Shown here piece by piece: positions 39,101-50,200 of a DNA stretch of 64,000 bases. A program made the position numbers and the translations under genes. The notes below the pieces were generated by a model that saw only the letters and a program-made list of their open reading frames with translations, had not been told where the DNA came from and did not search any database. The DNA comes from Selaginella moellendorffii (Eukaryota; Plantae; Lycopodiophyta). Numbering within the stretch: position 1 is the stretch's first letter; every line of letters begins with the position of its first letter. The DNA is taken from NCBI RefSeq assembly GCF_000143415.4, contig NW_003314261.1, positions 930,001-994,000 on the forward strand. Reading direction: 5' to 3'.

Positions 39101-41237
39101 ATATAAAGTATACCAAGTTTATATTATCGATAGAGAATAAATATTAATAGTCTTGGCCAATCTAGTTAGCTCAAAAAATCTTTTGTAATTTAGCAATAGT
39201 AAGTCTTTTTTGGTGTATATGAATGTCCATTTTAGGATCTTGGCATAAGGTGTTGATGAAAATGTAGTACATATGCTTGTATGGAGCATATGCCTTCTTA
39301 TATTCTTTGCGCTTTGAAAAATTTAGGCATATGCAAGAAAGAAAGTTTTGAATAGCAATTGTGTACTCTCCACCCTTTATTTTGAGTATATATTCCTTTG
39401 CATGCACAGTGATGTACTTTGTGAAGAGAATCTCACACTCAAGCAAGCTTATTTTACTCTATTTTTGCTTGGAAATGGTACTAATAAATTTAACTGCTTT
39501 ACCTTTTCTTGTAAGCCTTTTATGCATCTATGTGGGAATAGTGCCAATTCTGTCAATTATGTTTTCAATTCTCCTCCTCTAAAGATTGAAATCAAATTTA
39601 TCAAGGCTTTCAATTTCATTCAAGATGAGCACAACCCCATTAGCAACTAGCCATTCTTTACATACTATATTAGATTTCATTATTATAGTGTCTTCAAGTT
39701 GTTTCATATAGTTAGCATTGGTGTTGCAATAATACAGCCAACACCATCTCAAAAATCCTACTTGCTTTTGTTCCCCATGGAAATATGGGGTTAGAAGAGA
39801 AGTAAATTTGTCATTACGAATTCAAACTCAACACTTGCCCCTTAGAAGCATCCCCACTTTATATATTGATATTTTTGGCACTTGGAAGATTGCTTATTGC
39901 TTTGGCTTCATATTATGGCAAATAATTTCAACCTATTGTAATGCACTCTCTTCATTAGCCATTTGAGGTGGCTCAATTTGGAGGTGGTGTTTTAAAGTAT
40001 AATGGTACTCAACATCATGTTTGTGAGAGCTTTTTGCTCCAAGTGTTGTGCCAACATTTTCACCGACAAAGGAACAACAACACTTTGAGTAGATAGTTTT
40101 CATATCACCAATAGAAGCCCAGGGAGAGTACTCCATAAATATGCCATAGACCACTTCCTCAATTGTAGTTGCTACTATTCAGTTTGGTGAAGTCATTTTC
40201 CTCTTCATTTGATCATGTAACATCTTAATGGAAGGCTCTATTCCCACGTATCTTCCTTCCTCAAATGGCAATGTTTTTGAAGACTACTTTATAGCACATA
40301 TTAGATCTAATAGACATGTTTTATATAAACTCATCTTCCCTTTCTTTGCCTCAGAGGAACACCAACTCCAGTGTTTACTCTCATAGAGATTCACAATTGG
40401 AATGTATACAAGGTTCTTAAGTGGTTGGTCCTAATGAAAAAGGTGATATTAAAAGGCAATAAAAAAAAAGAAGAAAGAAAGCTCTATTTCGTTAAAGTGG
40501 GATTTATTCAGTAAAATGAGACTAGGTACAAATTTTCAAGTATTTGAAAATGACATGAAATTATATGTTTTTTGTCCAGGGGCTAGACATATCTGGGGCA
40601 TGGTGACTAGTGCGGTGACTTTGTGTCCAGACTGAGTCCATCTGGTTGTATAATAAATCTCATTGTCAAGGTGAACAAGTTGAATCTGAAGCTAAAGAAG
40701 AGCGATGGCATGCGCGCACACACTATTTGTTTGTTCATTGAGCGTGTGGTGAGCTTTCCAAGATGAACGTCATTCCTATTAGCCAGACATATAACTTAAT
40801 GGTGAGAACATTTAGATATTATTCATTCTAACGAATCTAATTGTGAAGGTGTAGCAAGAGGCATTGCTAGTCTGGAGAAGTCATTTAACTCATTTGACCC
40901 TTAGTGTATTTTCATGAAACTAAATAACATTCATATTATTAAGGAATTTCTCTAGTACCTTTTTTTTACGACATAGAGGCTTGCATTTCTTTCAAAGGTG
41001 ATTTAGTAAAAGGCCTGAGGGCACATGCCATTCTATTTTTCAGACCGGTATTAAGATATACTAGTGCAAAGGGCCACATGCCATCACGCCTCCTCTGATT
41101 CAGATTTGGATTGTTCACCTTGAAATAAAATACATTAGAAACTTAGTAAAGGAATATTAATGAATCTCACCTTGAACCCGGGTTATGAATGCTCTTGCTA
41201 CATCTCTTGCATGGTCTGGCAAGGTGATGGTGGCACT

Positions 41238-44200
41238 CTACTTTCGCATCCAACCATGCACAACATTATCCACCGATATGCTCATGCTGGGATCCCTTGG
41301 ATTCAGCACCCATCTCTTTTCTAGGCAATCCTTCGTATATCCGGAACTTGGTTTGAACCACTCCACAGTTACATTGAAGGAGTTAGTTTCCGCGTCCTCC
41401 TTTGCATCAGTGATGCAGTGCCCCACCCATATCATTTGTTTTTTATTACTGGGTCTGACAAGCACGACCATTCCTTTGCAGACCTGTACTGGATTGAATG
41501 CTGAATCCGGCTTCTTGTTCCTCGGCCCACAATAGTGATCCTCAACATCGTTATCTGTCACTGCATTTCCAGAGGACATTATTCCGCTACTATCTGGTGC
41601 TCTGGGTTCTGGCCAAAAGGACTCTTCCAATTCTTCATATACAACCGGCCCATTTTGGATAGCAGATATAATCTTCTCCCAGTATTCGAGCAAAGGCTTG
41701 CACCTCTTAAAATAGGATTCTCCACCAAACACCAACCCCCTCTTCCAGAAGGCAATATGCTGTCTAATCCCGGCCACTATACTTTCCTGGTTTTTGAGTC
41801 CATCCGGGTGCATCGGCCGTGGGGAACCCTGAGGAATCATAGGTTCCCCAGTTATGGGATCTCTCTTGAAGAGTTCAATGCCATCCACTGGCAGCCACAC
41901 TGTGTCCCATTCTCTCATCTTGTACCTCATCACTGGAGCACCGTCACGCATGCTGAAATGAAACTGAAGAGGCTTGGAGTGGCCAATCAGCATTTCGAAT
42001 CCGTCCCTGATGTAGCCTCTTACAAACCCCTTAAAGTCTGGAACCTCTGTCACAAGTGCAGCTTCAACAGTGCCTTTGATGCAATTTTGGAATTCATCGT
42101 AGAGTTGTGGGAGGGTGAGGACATTGGATCGCCGGAGGGACTCTGCCAGGTGACTGAACATGGCATCGACGTCTTCATGAGTGTGCCCAACCATGAGAAA
42201 GCCAAGTGTAACCGTTTCAAATATGCCTTTGGCAACAAGCATCGCCAAGTACGCGAAGACGTACATGTTTTTGTTCTCACTGCCAGCATTGTCTGTTTGG
42301 AGCAGAAGATGGGGTGGAAGGCCACATCGGCCGCAAGAACTTCCTTGAGATTCTGCTTCGTTTGGATGAGGCTGTGCATTCACCGGGCGACCAGCCTCGT
42401 CGGAATGGCATGAGGCCTCACGTGATAACCCTACAATCTGACGGCCAACATATTCACTGGGATGGCATGGGGCCCCACACGATACTGCAAGCCTTTGCTC
42501 CTCCTCCAGCTGAACCCTGTATGGGGTTCGATCGACAAGGGCCTTATGCAAGGGTTGGCCGTTCAGCTCAGTCTGCGCACTTTGCAGAGACCTTAAATGT
42601 TTTACTAGGGACGCAATCATCATGTTTGCACCCCCGCCACCCCATAGAGGTACAAAGAAGTTCCCATAGTTCTGGGCACCATGCCCATGAGCGATTATGC
42701 CAAACAGAGACACAGGCAGCTGCATGGATGAAGAGATTGCCTTGGGGGCAGGATTGAGTCGAGGTAAGCACGTCTTTTTCTGGTCCATTTTGTCGTGGAT
42801 GATGCAGAGGTAAGAGTCAGGTCTCTCCATGGAGAGAATCCTGTTATGATAATATGCAGTCCTGCAGCTTCTCTGCTCGATGTTGTGGTCGAGCCGCCTT
42901 CTAACCAACGTCTCTCGCTCTTGAGCGCTGCAAGAATTCTTTGACAAAGCCATTTTGATAGCAGTGCACTCGTCACACTTTGAAAAGCTGGAGTACTTTC
43001 CTATACTCACATCCCTGAATCTGTTGCTCCACAATCTACTAAATCTAGATTGGCTCAGCTTTCTGTAGCCATTACTCTGGAGTTCCTGATTCACATCTTC
43101 CAATATGGCCCCCTTGGTATACATGGAAGGGAGAACTCGTTGGGTGTCTCGTGTTCCATCTTCCAAGAGGCGGGTTTTATGTGGTTGCTGCTCGCTACAT
43201 GTCTCGACAAACCTCTTGAAGATTGCCTCTCCATATACAACATGACACCTGGTTTTGTGCGTACCGTCGTTCCCATGGACTGCCTGTTGAACCCTTTGTT
43301 CCTCGAACTCAGTTTTGATTCTGTAGAATGTGGTTCGANNNNNNNNNNNNNNNNNNNNNNNNNNNNNNNNNNNNNNNNNNNNNNNNNNNNNNNNNNNNNN
43401 NNNNNNNNNNNNNNNNNNNNNNNNNNNNNNNNNNNNNNCCTTCATGCAGACCAAACCCCTCTGGAAGACCATGCCCCCCACCTGATGTTCTGAAGCATCA
43501 ACAGATGACCGTAATGCCTCATACACAAAATTGCGAGCTGCCTTCCAGGACAATGTCTTGTATCTGCCTCTCTCTCTTTCAATAGCATCCCAATCAGCTT
43601 GTTGACAGCACCTCCTCTTGCAACAAGCAACTGTCGAGACCATTCGAACCTCCATCGCCATTTTCTGCCTTTTCGGTTCGTTGCTCAGATCCCTTTGGCT
43701 GCGCTGTAGGAAGGTGTACTTTCTTTTCCCATGAAGAGATGTTCTGTCATCAGTTGTAGTGGTGTTTGATTGTGAATCCTTCACATTCTCAAACACTAAA
43801 TGCCTCAATTTCCACCGCACAATGCTTCCAATAGTCAGACTGTTTTCTTCTGTGTCAACAACCTCTAAAATCGCAACTCCAATATCATCCCAGCCCAATT
43901 CTTGATTAGCAACCGCATCTCTTGGATCGACAACTGTGGCTAAGCCCTCAGCTACCACCTCCCCCTCGGGGTTGTTTAGAAACACCTTTGCCTGAATCCA
44001 TGTAGCACGGTTCTTAAGATCCATGGAGGGAACATGCGTCGCACTTGCGCTGTCCCTAACATCTACTTTCTTCTGCAGATTTTTCAAGGCAACAACAACA
44101 TTTACCCCGACGACCATCTCTCCTCGTTCAATAGCGACCACATTCCCATCGAAGACGGTCTCTACTGATACAGCAGCATTGCCTTCCCCAAGCCTTTGAC

Positions 44201-44300
44201 AGTGTATAACAAAGTTCCGATCCATAGACACAAGGGTCCCTTTTGCAACTCTCTTCCCACCATTCAAAATGTAAACCTTTTCCCCAACCCTGAAGGCCAT
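41238..44300 (-). CDS. Transposase (Sola-like DD[D/E] core) with two N-terminal Tnp1/En-Spm-like domains
   Basis: FSKCDECT, IIHDKMDQKKT, LQTDNAGSENKN and FLMVGHTHEDVDAMF motifs. N-terminal VAKG..HCQRLG..VSV repeated twice. Contains a 100-N assembly gap. Confidence 0.85.
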   Translation of the reverse strand: MAFRVGEKVYILNGGKRVAKGTLVSMDRNFVIHCQRLGEGNAAVSVETVFDGNVVAIERGEMVVGVNVVVALKNLQKKVDVRDSASATHVPSMDLKNRATWIQAKVFLNNPEGEVVAEGLATVVDPRDAVANQELGWDDIGVAILEVVDTEENSLTIGSIVRWKLRHLVFENVKDSQSNTTTTDDRTSLHGKRKYTFLQRSQRDLSNEPKRQKMAMEVRMVSTVACCKRRCCQQADWDAIERERGRYKTLSWKAARNFVYEALRSSVDASEHQVGGMVFQRGLVCMKXXXXXXXXXXXXXXXXXXXXXXXXXXXXXXXXXXRTTFYRIKTEFEEQRVQQAVHGNDGTHKTRCHVVYGEAIFKRFVETCSEQQPHKTRLLEDGTRDTQRVLPSMYTKGAILEDVNQELQSNGYRKLSQSRFSRLWSNRFRDVSIGKYSSFSKCDECTAIKMALSKNSCSAQERETLVRRRLDHNIEQRSCRTAYYHNRILSMERPDSYLCIIHDKMDQKKTCLPRLNPAPKAISSSMQLPVSLFGIIAHGHGAQNYGNFFVPLWGGGGANMMIASLVKHLRSLQSAQTELNGQPLHKALVDRTPYRVQLEEEQRLAVSCGAPCHPSEYVGRQIVGLSREASCHSDEAGRPVNAQPHPNEAESQGSSCGRCGLPPHLLLQTDNAGSENKNMYVFAYLAMLVAKGIFETVTLGFLMVGHTHEDVDAMFSHLAESLRRSNVLTLPQLYDEFQNCIKGTVEAALVTEVPDFKGFVRGYIRDGFEMLIGHSKPLQFHFSMRDGAPVMRYKMREWDTVWLPVDGIELFKRDPITGEPMIPQGSPRPMHPDGLKNQESIVAGIRQHIAFWKRGLVFGGESYFKRCKPLLEYWEKIISAIQNGPVVYEELEESFWPEPRAPDSSGIMSSGNAVTDNDVEDHYCGPRNKKPDSAFNPVQVCKGMVVLVRPSNKKQMIWVGHCITDAKEDAETNSFNVTVEWFKPSSGYTKDCLEKRWVLNPRDPSMSISVDNVVHGWMRK
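43339..43438. other. Assembly gap (100 N placeholder)
   Basis: Run of N. Confidence 1.
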
Positions 44301-44657
44301 TCTGAAAGTGCAGAAAAGAAGTTAAGACCATACAAAAAATGATTGGAGAATGGCCTAAATCATAACATACCAAATAGCATGAGGCCACATGCCATTATTC
44401 AAACATGCTATTGACACCCACGTGAAATTTCGCATTCACAAAATTGGCATGAGCCCTCATGCCATCTTGATATACACACAGCTGCAGGCAAGTAAAAACA
44501 TACATGACAATACGCTAGCCATGAAATTGCAAGGGCCCAAGATGGCATGTGGCCTCATGCCATTTCTAAATGTGGTCCTAAACCATTCCATGGTGAACAT
44601 ACCAGGAAGCACAAGTGCCGAATATCAAGAGGAAGCGGTAGCCACACCAAAGACAGT

Positions 44658-44729
44658 GCCGCTCGCAACACCGCAACTACTCGTAGCGCCGCTCGCAACA
44701 CCGCAACTGCTCGTAGCGCCGCTCGCACA
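44658..44729. repeat. 30-bp tandem repeat upstream of the transposase
   Basis: GCCGCTCGCAACACCGCAACTRCTCGTAGC, about 2.4 copies. Confidence 0.85.
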
Positions 44730-47236
44730 AACTGCCACTCGCATAAACTGCTGCTCGCAATGCCGCAACCGCTTGTAGACGCAAAAACCACAGCTCACAA
44801 CGCCGCTTACACAAGCAGCGCTCACTGCGCTCAGTGGAACCAAGAACACGGCGCACAAAAATGATAGACCTAGGAATGAGTTCGAGAATTCAAAAATAAC
44901 ACACGCTTGAACGTCACATCAAATCCTCTGACAAACCAGATCTTATGATTCCTCTGACAAATTTCAAACTGAGTAGCTTCTAGACTTTGCTGTCGGAGGT
45001 TGAACTTTGTCACATCATGTCCTTGCCTCGATTCAGCTGTGCCATGTCAGTGATTCGAACTTTCCCATGCCATATCAGCGATCCGCGCCAAGATTATTCG
45101 CCGTGTAAAGGAATAATTATGCTGTGTGTGTACGTCCATTTATGGCAATATAAGGCCATACGCCATTCAAAGAATAATGCTAGTCGAGCATTTTTTGGTG
45201 CATTTTTTGGTTCAAAATTGCATGAGCCCACACGCTATAAAGTTTACCTGTACCAAAAATAGAAATAGCTTTATTTACTTGGGAATTTAAGTGGTTGAGG
45301 CATTTTTAAACTTACAAACACATGCCCTACTTACATTCATTTGGTTGCTTAAAATTCAAAAATATTATAAACCTTTCTTTTTGCATTTTCAATGTTTTCA
45401 ATTATGGTTTTTGATTTTCGCAGGACCAGCCTAGTAATCTATTTGCATCCCGTCATGTTTATAGCTAGCTTTCGTTTGTCCCCTTCGCTAGCCTGAGATA
45501 CATCTGCTCGGCATCTGCCTCTTACAGCATTTGCCCAGAAAGGGCATCTTTCTTCACGCAGCATTTGCCACATGTTTAGGGTTAGGGTTTAGGGTTTAGC
45601 AATTCAGTAGCTTGATAAACATGCAAATACAGAACTTGATGCAAAATCCTTTGATATGTCACAATGCCCCTAGGACCATAAACACATTTCAATAGAGAGG
45701 GTCCTTTCATTTCATAACTCCTTACGTAGATCTTGGTGAAACCAGAGTTAGTGAAGTTGGTTTTTTGTGATCCCGCATCTGATTGTGATGTCCCTTTGCA
45801 GTGTCGATGGAAAGGTCAATGCACACCAAACTGTAGAATCTTGGAGCAAAATAACGGTCGGATCTATGGCAAATGCCCCTGAAACATTGTAAGGCTCGTG
45901 TGGTCTCATGTGGTGTCCGATCGAGATGCTTCTTTGCAGGGTCATTAAGAAGGACATTGTATACCATTCTGTAAAATCTAGTTGCGATCTAACGGTTGGA
46001 TCTCCAGGAAACTCAAAACAATCTCGCGCGTGTCAGAATATTCTAGGAATATACTCCTATGTGCTCCTGAAAATGGCATGCGGCCCCACGCCATTCAAGA
46101 GATAACGCCAGATGACGCCGAGCATTTTTTGGTGCATTTTTTGGGATCAAAATTGCATGAGCCCACACGCTTGAACGTCACATCAAATCCTTTGACAATT
46201 TATTTAGCTGAACATCTGGCATTTTTGGAAATACAAGATGCTTTGGAATATCCAATCATGCATGGTATAAATATAGCGAGGGTATTAAATGATATCCCAA
46301 TCATGATCTTTCTTTTGGATTTCGCGTGCATGCAGTCCGAGGAATGATGACGTTGCGGATTTCTTTTGGATTTCACGCATGCGCGTGCCGATCCAGAAAT
46401 TAATGGTGGCGCCCAAGTCCGAGGAATGATGACGTGGCGGGATTACCAACCGTTGTGACATTTCGCGCGTGTGAGGTTAGGTTTTGCATTTTGCTTCGTA
46501 CTCGCGCTCGCATACTCGCCCTCGCATCGCGCTCCCACTCGCGCTCCCACTTCTCTACAGGTTTCTCGTGTGCATCGGCGTCCACTCGCGCTTGCATCAC
46601 ACTCGGGCTCGCATCGCGCTCGTGTGCATCGGCGTCCACTTCAAGACACACCCAGTTTATAACTTCGCCGCCAACTCCGCCGCCCACTCTGCCACCCACA
46701 CGCAGCCCACTTGGTGTCCCGGGAGATTTCAGCGCCACTCTCCAACTGTAAGTGGCAGAGTAGCCTTGCTGCTATGATCCGCTGCACACACAGTGCACAT
46801 TCGCCAGCGAGTCCGGTTGTCACGCCTCCATTCGGCTTCAAATGGTAAGTCTTTTAGGCCAAGTAGAAAATGGCATGAGGCCACATGCCATTCAGTAGCA
46901 ACATTGGCATGCACCGATTGGGCTCTCGAGTGCAGTCCGGTTACAGATGGCGTGTAGCCTCACGCCATCTTAGGATGCAGCCTTAAGACATCTGATGCAG
47001 TGGTGAATGGCGTGTGGCCTCACGTTATTTCCAGCTGCTAGCTTTTCATCTGTCAGCTCTAATTGTTGTGCATTTCTGAATAGGCGAGGAATTGCGTTCT
47101 TCTTCCAGCCACTGTCAATGTGGATGCAGAGAAGGGGGAGGAGCTCACCAGTTGGACTTTTGGGATGAAAGGCGAGGATCTGAGGCTGTACAACACAGAT
47201 GGTGGGAGAAAAGAATGCATGGGGATCCTCATCTAA

Positions 47237-50200
47237 GTGACAGACACTCCATGCAGTTCCATGCAAGAATATGGACTGGCACTTGTGGTAGAGACAGCGT
47301 CTGCCTTCAAGATCCACCTTGCACATCCTAGCGGCTTCCCGGAGGGGGGCAGCGGCTATGAGGAATTCCTAGAGGGAGCTAGGGAGAGGTTGTCCAGGAG
47401 GCCCACAATTTCAAAGACGCTGCGGGTCTATGAAGATCACATGGAATCCACGGACCTCACCTACGGCGATGTTCAAAAACTATATTCCAACATTGAGCCG
47501 TTGAGAGTGCCTCCAGTTTGCGAAGCGAAGGGGAAGGGGGTCGATCTGGAAACTACCCCGAAGCAGAAAAGGGTGGTCAAGCTCAAGCCGACGTCCGACT
47601 CTCCTCCAAAAAAGAAGCTACTCGGTGATGCCATTGCCTTGGGTTCGAACACTACACCCACCAAAAAGAAGAGCCGCAAAGAGTAGAAAGAGCAAGAAGA
47701 GGCAGCAAAAATCGTCGCAGATAATAGTACTTGTTACTATTCCAACAAAGTATATACAATCGACGTGAGCCGTATCGACATCCAAAGCAAATACAACCAC
47801 AGGCTAGTATCTGATGAGTGGGTGGAGAAACTGAAGCAGAAGATGCTGGCAAGTCCAGTAACACCCGACATCACAGACGTGATCCCCTACTACCGAACAA
47901 TGAAGGGCGAGACGAGGTTTCTAGACTTGATCAATAGGAAGGTGTTGGACGATCAGAACATCCGGTTCTATGCCGTCTCCGGGCAGCATTCTAGCTTGGC
48001 GATGCAAGAGATAGTTGTGGATATTATGGTGGGTGAGGAGGTGAAGAAAGTTTTCAAGACAAGAGTTGTCCGCCTGATAAAAGGCAACTCGCCCCTCCGA
48101 TCTATCATATACATTTCCCACGCGCAGAATGTCAAGCAAGAAACGTGCTACAAATCGGGTCTGCACGAGACATTGGCACAAACACGGAAGCTCTAGGTTC
48201 AACTGAAGAAGCCACAAAAACCAGGACAAGGACGTGCACTAGCAACTAGCGCCTGGCAGGTAAGCCTCGTTGCATGTGGCCTCACGCCATTTCCATTGCA
48301 GGAATTCTCGAGTCTTCTCTCAAAAACACTGGGAGTCAATGACACACTCAGCATCCATAACATTCTACTCGCGACAAAAGTTGTTTTTGACAAATGGGTA
48401 GATGTGCTGAGGAGGTACCATGACAGAGAGTTGCCAAACTCAATGGGTGTGGAGGACGGCCGGAAGCCCAATGATTTGAAGCTCAACGCCTTGCGTTTCT
48501 CGCGGTCTCTAGACGACGACGACCTTTTGACAGTGGCTAATGCTCTTCTACGTGGTGAGGTAGTCTTCAACAAGACCAAAATGACTCCCGGCCATATTGT
48601 GACATACGAGGACTTGTGCACGACTCTGAGAGCTCGTGCGCTATTGAAGGATTGGATCTTCGAGCAAGTGGCCGTGGAGAGGGTGAGCATCGACACCACG
48701 CAAGAGATGATGGAAGCGCTAGATTTGTCAAATGAAGACATCGACGAGTACGTGAAGGGGGCCCCCAAGTTCATCGATCTGCTGCGGGATGCCACGAAAA
48801 GTAAAGCTGAGAAGTTGGATCAGTATCCAAATTTCATTAAGATTGATGTCGACCGCCGGCTTCAGAAACAGCTCGACCCCGCAGCAGAGGCCTATCGAGA
48901 ACCTTACCGGGTATACTTGAATTCGGATGAGGATCAAAGGTGGAGGAGCATCGTTTCCCGCGGAGATAAGCAGGTCAAGAACATCTTTTGTGTGATGGAC
49001 TTTACAAACGAGGAGATCACTCATGCAGACGAAATCAGCTCCATCATTGACTTAATGGTGGGACTTGCGGAGGTGGAATCTTCAGTCCACTATATGATCT
49101 ACGACTTCGAATCCTATCACAAGTTCTGGAAGGCCTTGAACGAGGTGAAGGCTCGGTTGAAAGGCAAGGAGATGTGGGAGATCCATGGGATAATGGCTAA
49201 GAAGAAGATACCGACGAATGTCCGCATCTTCACATTCGCCCTTGTTATTGGTCCTGCAGCAGAGTGGGACTGGAGTGACTTCCCAGCTTCGTTCGACAAG
49301 GCCAATCGAATTGATCTGAGGGAGGTCAATTTACCCGTGCCTGAGGAACTGAAGACGGCTATGGAGCTTTCGAATCCAAAGAAAGCTCCAGGTGCAGCAT
49401 GGGAAATGCTCAGCTGGGTCTTCAACGCAATAGCGGGTGGGTCACCTGCTTCCGACTCCAAGGGCAAATGCGTTGTCGAGTACAACTGCGGTGGACTATT
49501 CTTTCAAGCCGCACTACTCAAGGGTGTCCCGTGTGTTGCGGTGACAAACTCCATTGAAGAGGTGACTTCAATGGAGCATATAATTACAGTTGCCAAAGAA
49601 AAATAGTATCTTCTCTGCGAACCTGGTGAGTACACACTTTAAGTTTAAATGTTATCTCACAAGCTCTGTATGCAAGAGCGTGGCCACCCCCAGATGCTGA
49701 AACGGCGTTAACAGCTACTGTTGAAGATACCCATGTTGGGCCGAGCTCACAACCTGTACAAGGTAAGGTCACGTGAGGCCTCACGCCATTTTGATTATAG
49801 ATCATTGTGAATATTCAGACACGAGGACTGAAAAGCACACTGGTGGCGCATCGAAGAAGGACAAACAGACAAGCAATAGGAAAAAAGGAGGTACAAATTA
49901 TATTTGCAATGGCGTGTGGTCTCATGCCATTCCTTGCAGGAGACACTTCTTCAAAGGCAAAACAGGCAAGCACCAGCCAAGCTCAAACTGACAGTGGTCA
50001 TAAAAAGTGAAAGCACGTTGGACAGTCGTCGAGATCAGAGGCATTTGATTCGAAAAGGAAGAAGGGCAACGAAAAGATGATAGGTAATGCCTCGCGGTTA
50101 TGGCGTGTGTGCTCATGCCATTCATTGCAGATCAAGGGCTGAGTGAAGCAGGCAGTCACCACCTCCTGACTTAGATTCCTATGGCGGACTCCCCTTCCCC

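Noticed and set aside
36900-40470. Genes in the short AT-rich ORFs flanking the transposon
   Set aside because: Stop-riddled sequence with no motif I can assign confidently. Probably old TE debris.
43339-43438. 33-residue unknown insert in the transposase and apparent frame continuity
   Set aside because: The 100 N are a placeholder, so the true gap length and frame across it are unknown.
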